Positions 62,951 through 64,000 of a stretch of DNA of 64,000 nt are shown piece by piece. Position numbers and translations under genes: made by a program. Within the stretch, counting starts at the first letter, position 1. Every line of letters starts with the position of its first letter. The notes under the pieces were generated by a model. It was not told the origin of the DNA. It searched no databases and was given only the letters and a program-made list of their open reading frames with translations. Source of the DNA: Octopus vulgaris (Eukaryota); the NCBI GenBank assembly GCA_951406725.2, contig OX597816.1, positions 127,906,001 to 127,970,000 on the forward strand. Direction: 5' to 3'.

Positions 62951-64000
62951 GTGGTGGTGGTCGTGGCGGCAGCGGTGACAACGATGACGACAACGACAAT
63001 GAAAATACCCATATTCAGTTCTTTATGAAACTCTCCTTGTTGTGTATTGTGACCATTTACCAAACACTTCCAACTTAAGCCACATTCCACAAAGGCCCCA
63101 TAAAAGTATCACCGGTAATACTAAGACTTGCACATCTCTATTCACCTTCAAATTTCAAACACACAGCGTCACATAGTACAATCTCAAACTACCAACCTGG
63201 CTTCATCATCTAAATTCTTTAGTCACCAATACCATTAGATGCTCACGCACTGCAACATCAGCCAATAAAGTATTTCATCTTCAAATAATGCACCTCAGAA
63301 TCATTTTTTTCGATTTCATCTTATCTGATATCTTAACCAATCATTCAAATGTTCCCACTCTCTGTTTAGGGAGACAACAGTTGAAACTAATTATTATTTA
63401 TAAGGTATTACATATACATTGTAATTTCCCAAGAGCTGCATTCCTCATCTGAAGCTACAATTCAGGATACAGTAACTGAACAAATAATGAACACAGTTTA
63501 ATGAAATAGCCTATAGTTGAAGCTGAGTTGAACCAGTAGGTAATTTTTGATATTTATTGATTCCCTTTTGATACCAACCTACCTGAGACTGTCCTGAATC
63601 TGTAATGCAAAAGAATAAAAGCTTACTGTTTTAAAGAAATCTAAATCAAAAGTAACCCTCTAAATGTTCCAAACGCTAGTCTAATATTGACTACATAAGT
63701 TTGTTAAATTCTTCAGGATTTTTCAAACAGTAAATCAAGCAAAGGTAGTGTATTTCAGTAGAAATATAGTAAAATGTTTAAGCTTTCTGCAACTATCATG
63801 GAAGAGTTCAGCCTACAAAGAACTGAAAATAGATGAAATGGTATCACAGTAGTAGTGATAGGCCAAACTGTTTATCTTTAGAGTGTTTCAATGAATTACT
63901 ACAAGCAATAGTTTAAGCAGAACGTTAAGGGTATCAATCTCACTGTGAAGACCAAGTAAATAATTAGTTAAGAAGAATAATCCTTTTTTTGTTTCCTGAT

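Overview
This is AT-rich eukaryotic non-coding DNA, dense in microsatellites and transposon fossils. The repeat families and the (TA)n/(CA)n/(TAA)n/(GAT)n landscape look like an octopus or other cephalopod genome (inference). I found no intact host protein-coding exon, rRNA, true tRNA or CRISPR array, so the window is probably intergenic or inside one very long intron. Recognisable elements: a full-length but disabled 1,258-bp Tc1-type transposon with 30-bp TIRs and a DD36E triad; a 5'-truncated RTE LINE with a PHD-like finger inside its RT, plus several RTE fragments; R4/Dong-like and CRE-like LINE ends in TAA arrays; several Penelope-like fossils with decayed hammerhead-like motifs; mariner and hAT remnants; a hAT MITE; and many tRNA-type SINEs. 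The most interesting unexplained signals are a well-formed candidate recursive splice site at 2471-2543, several long fold-back structures, and a decayed ankyrin-like coding relic. All alignments and family assignments were made by eye and need database confirmation.
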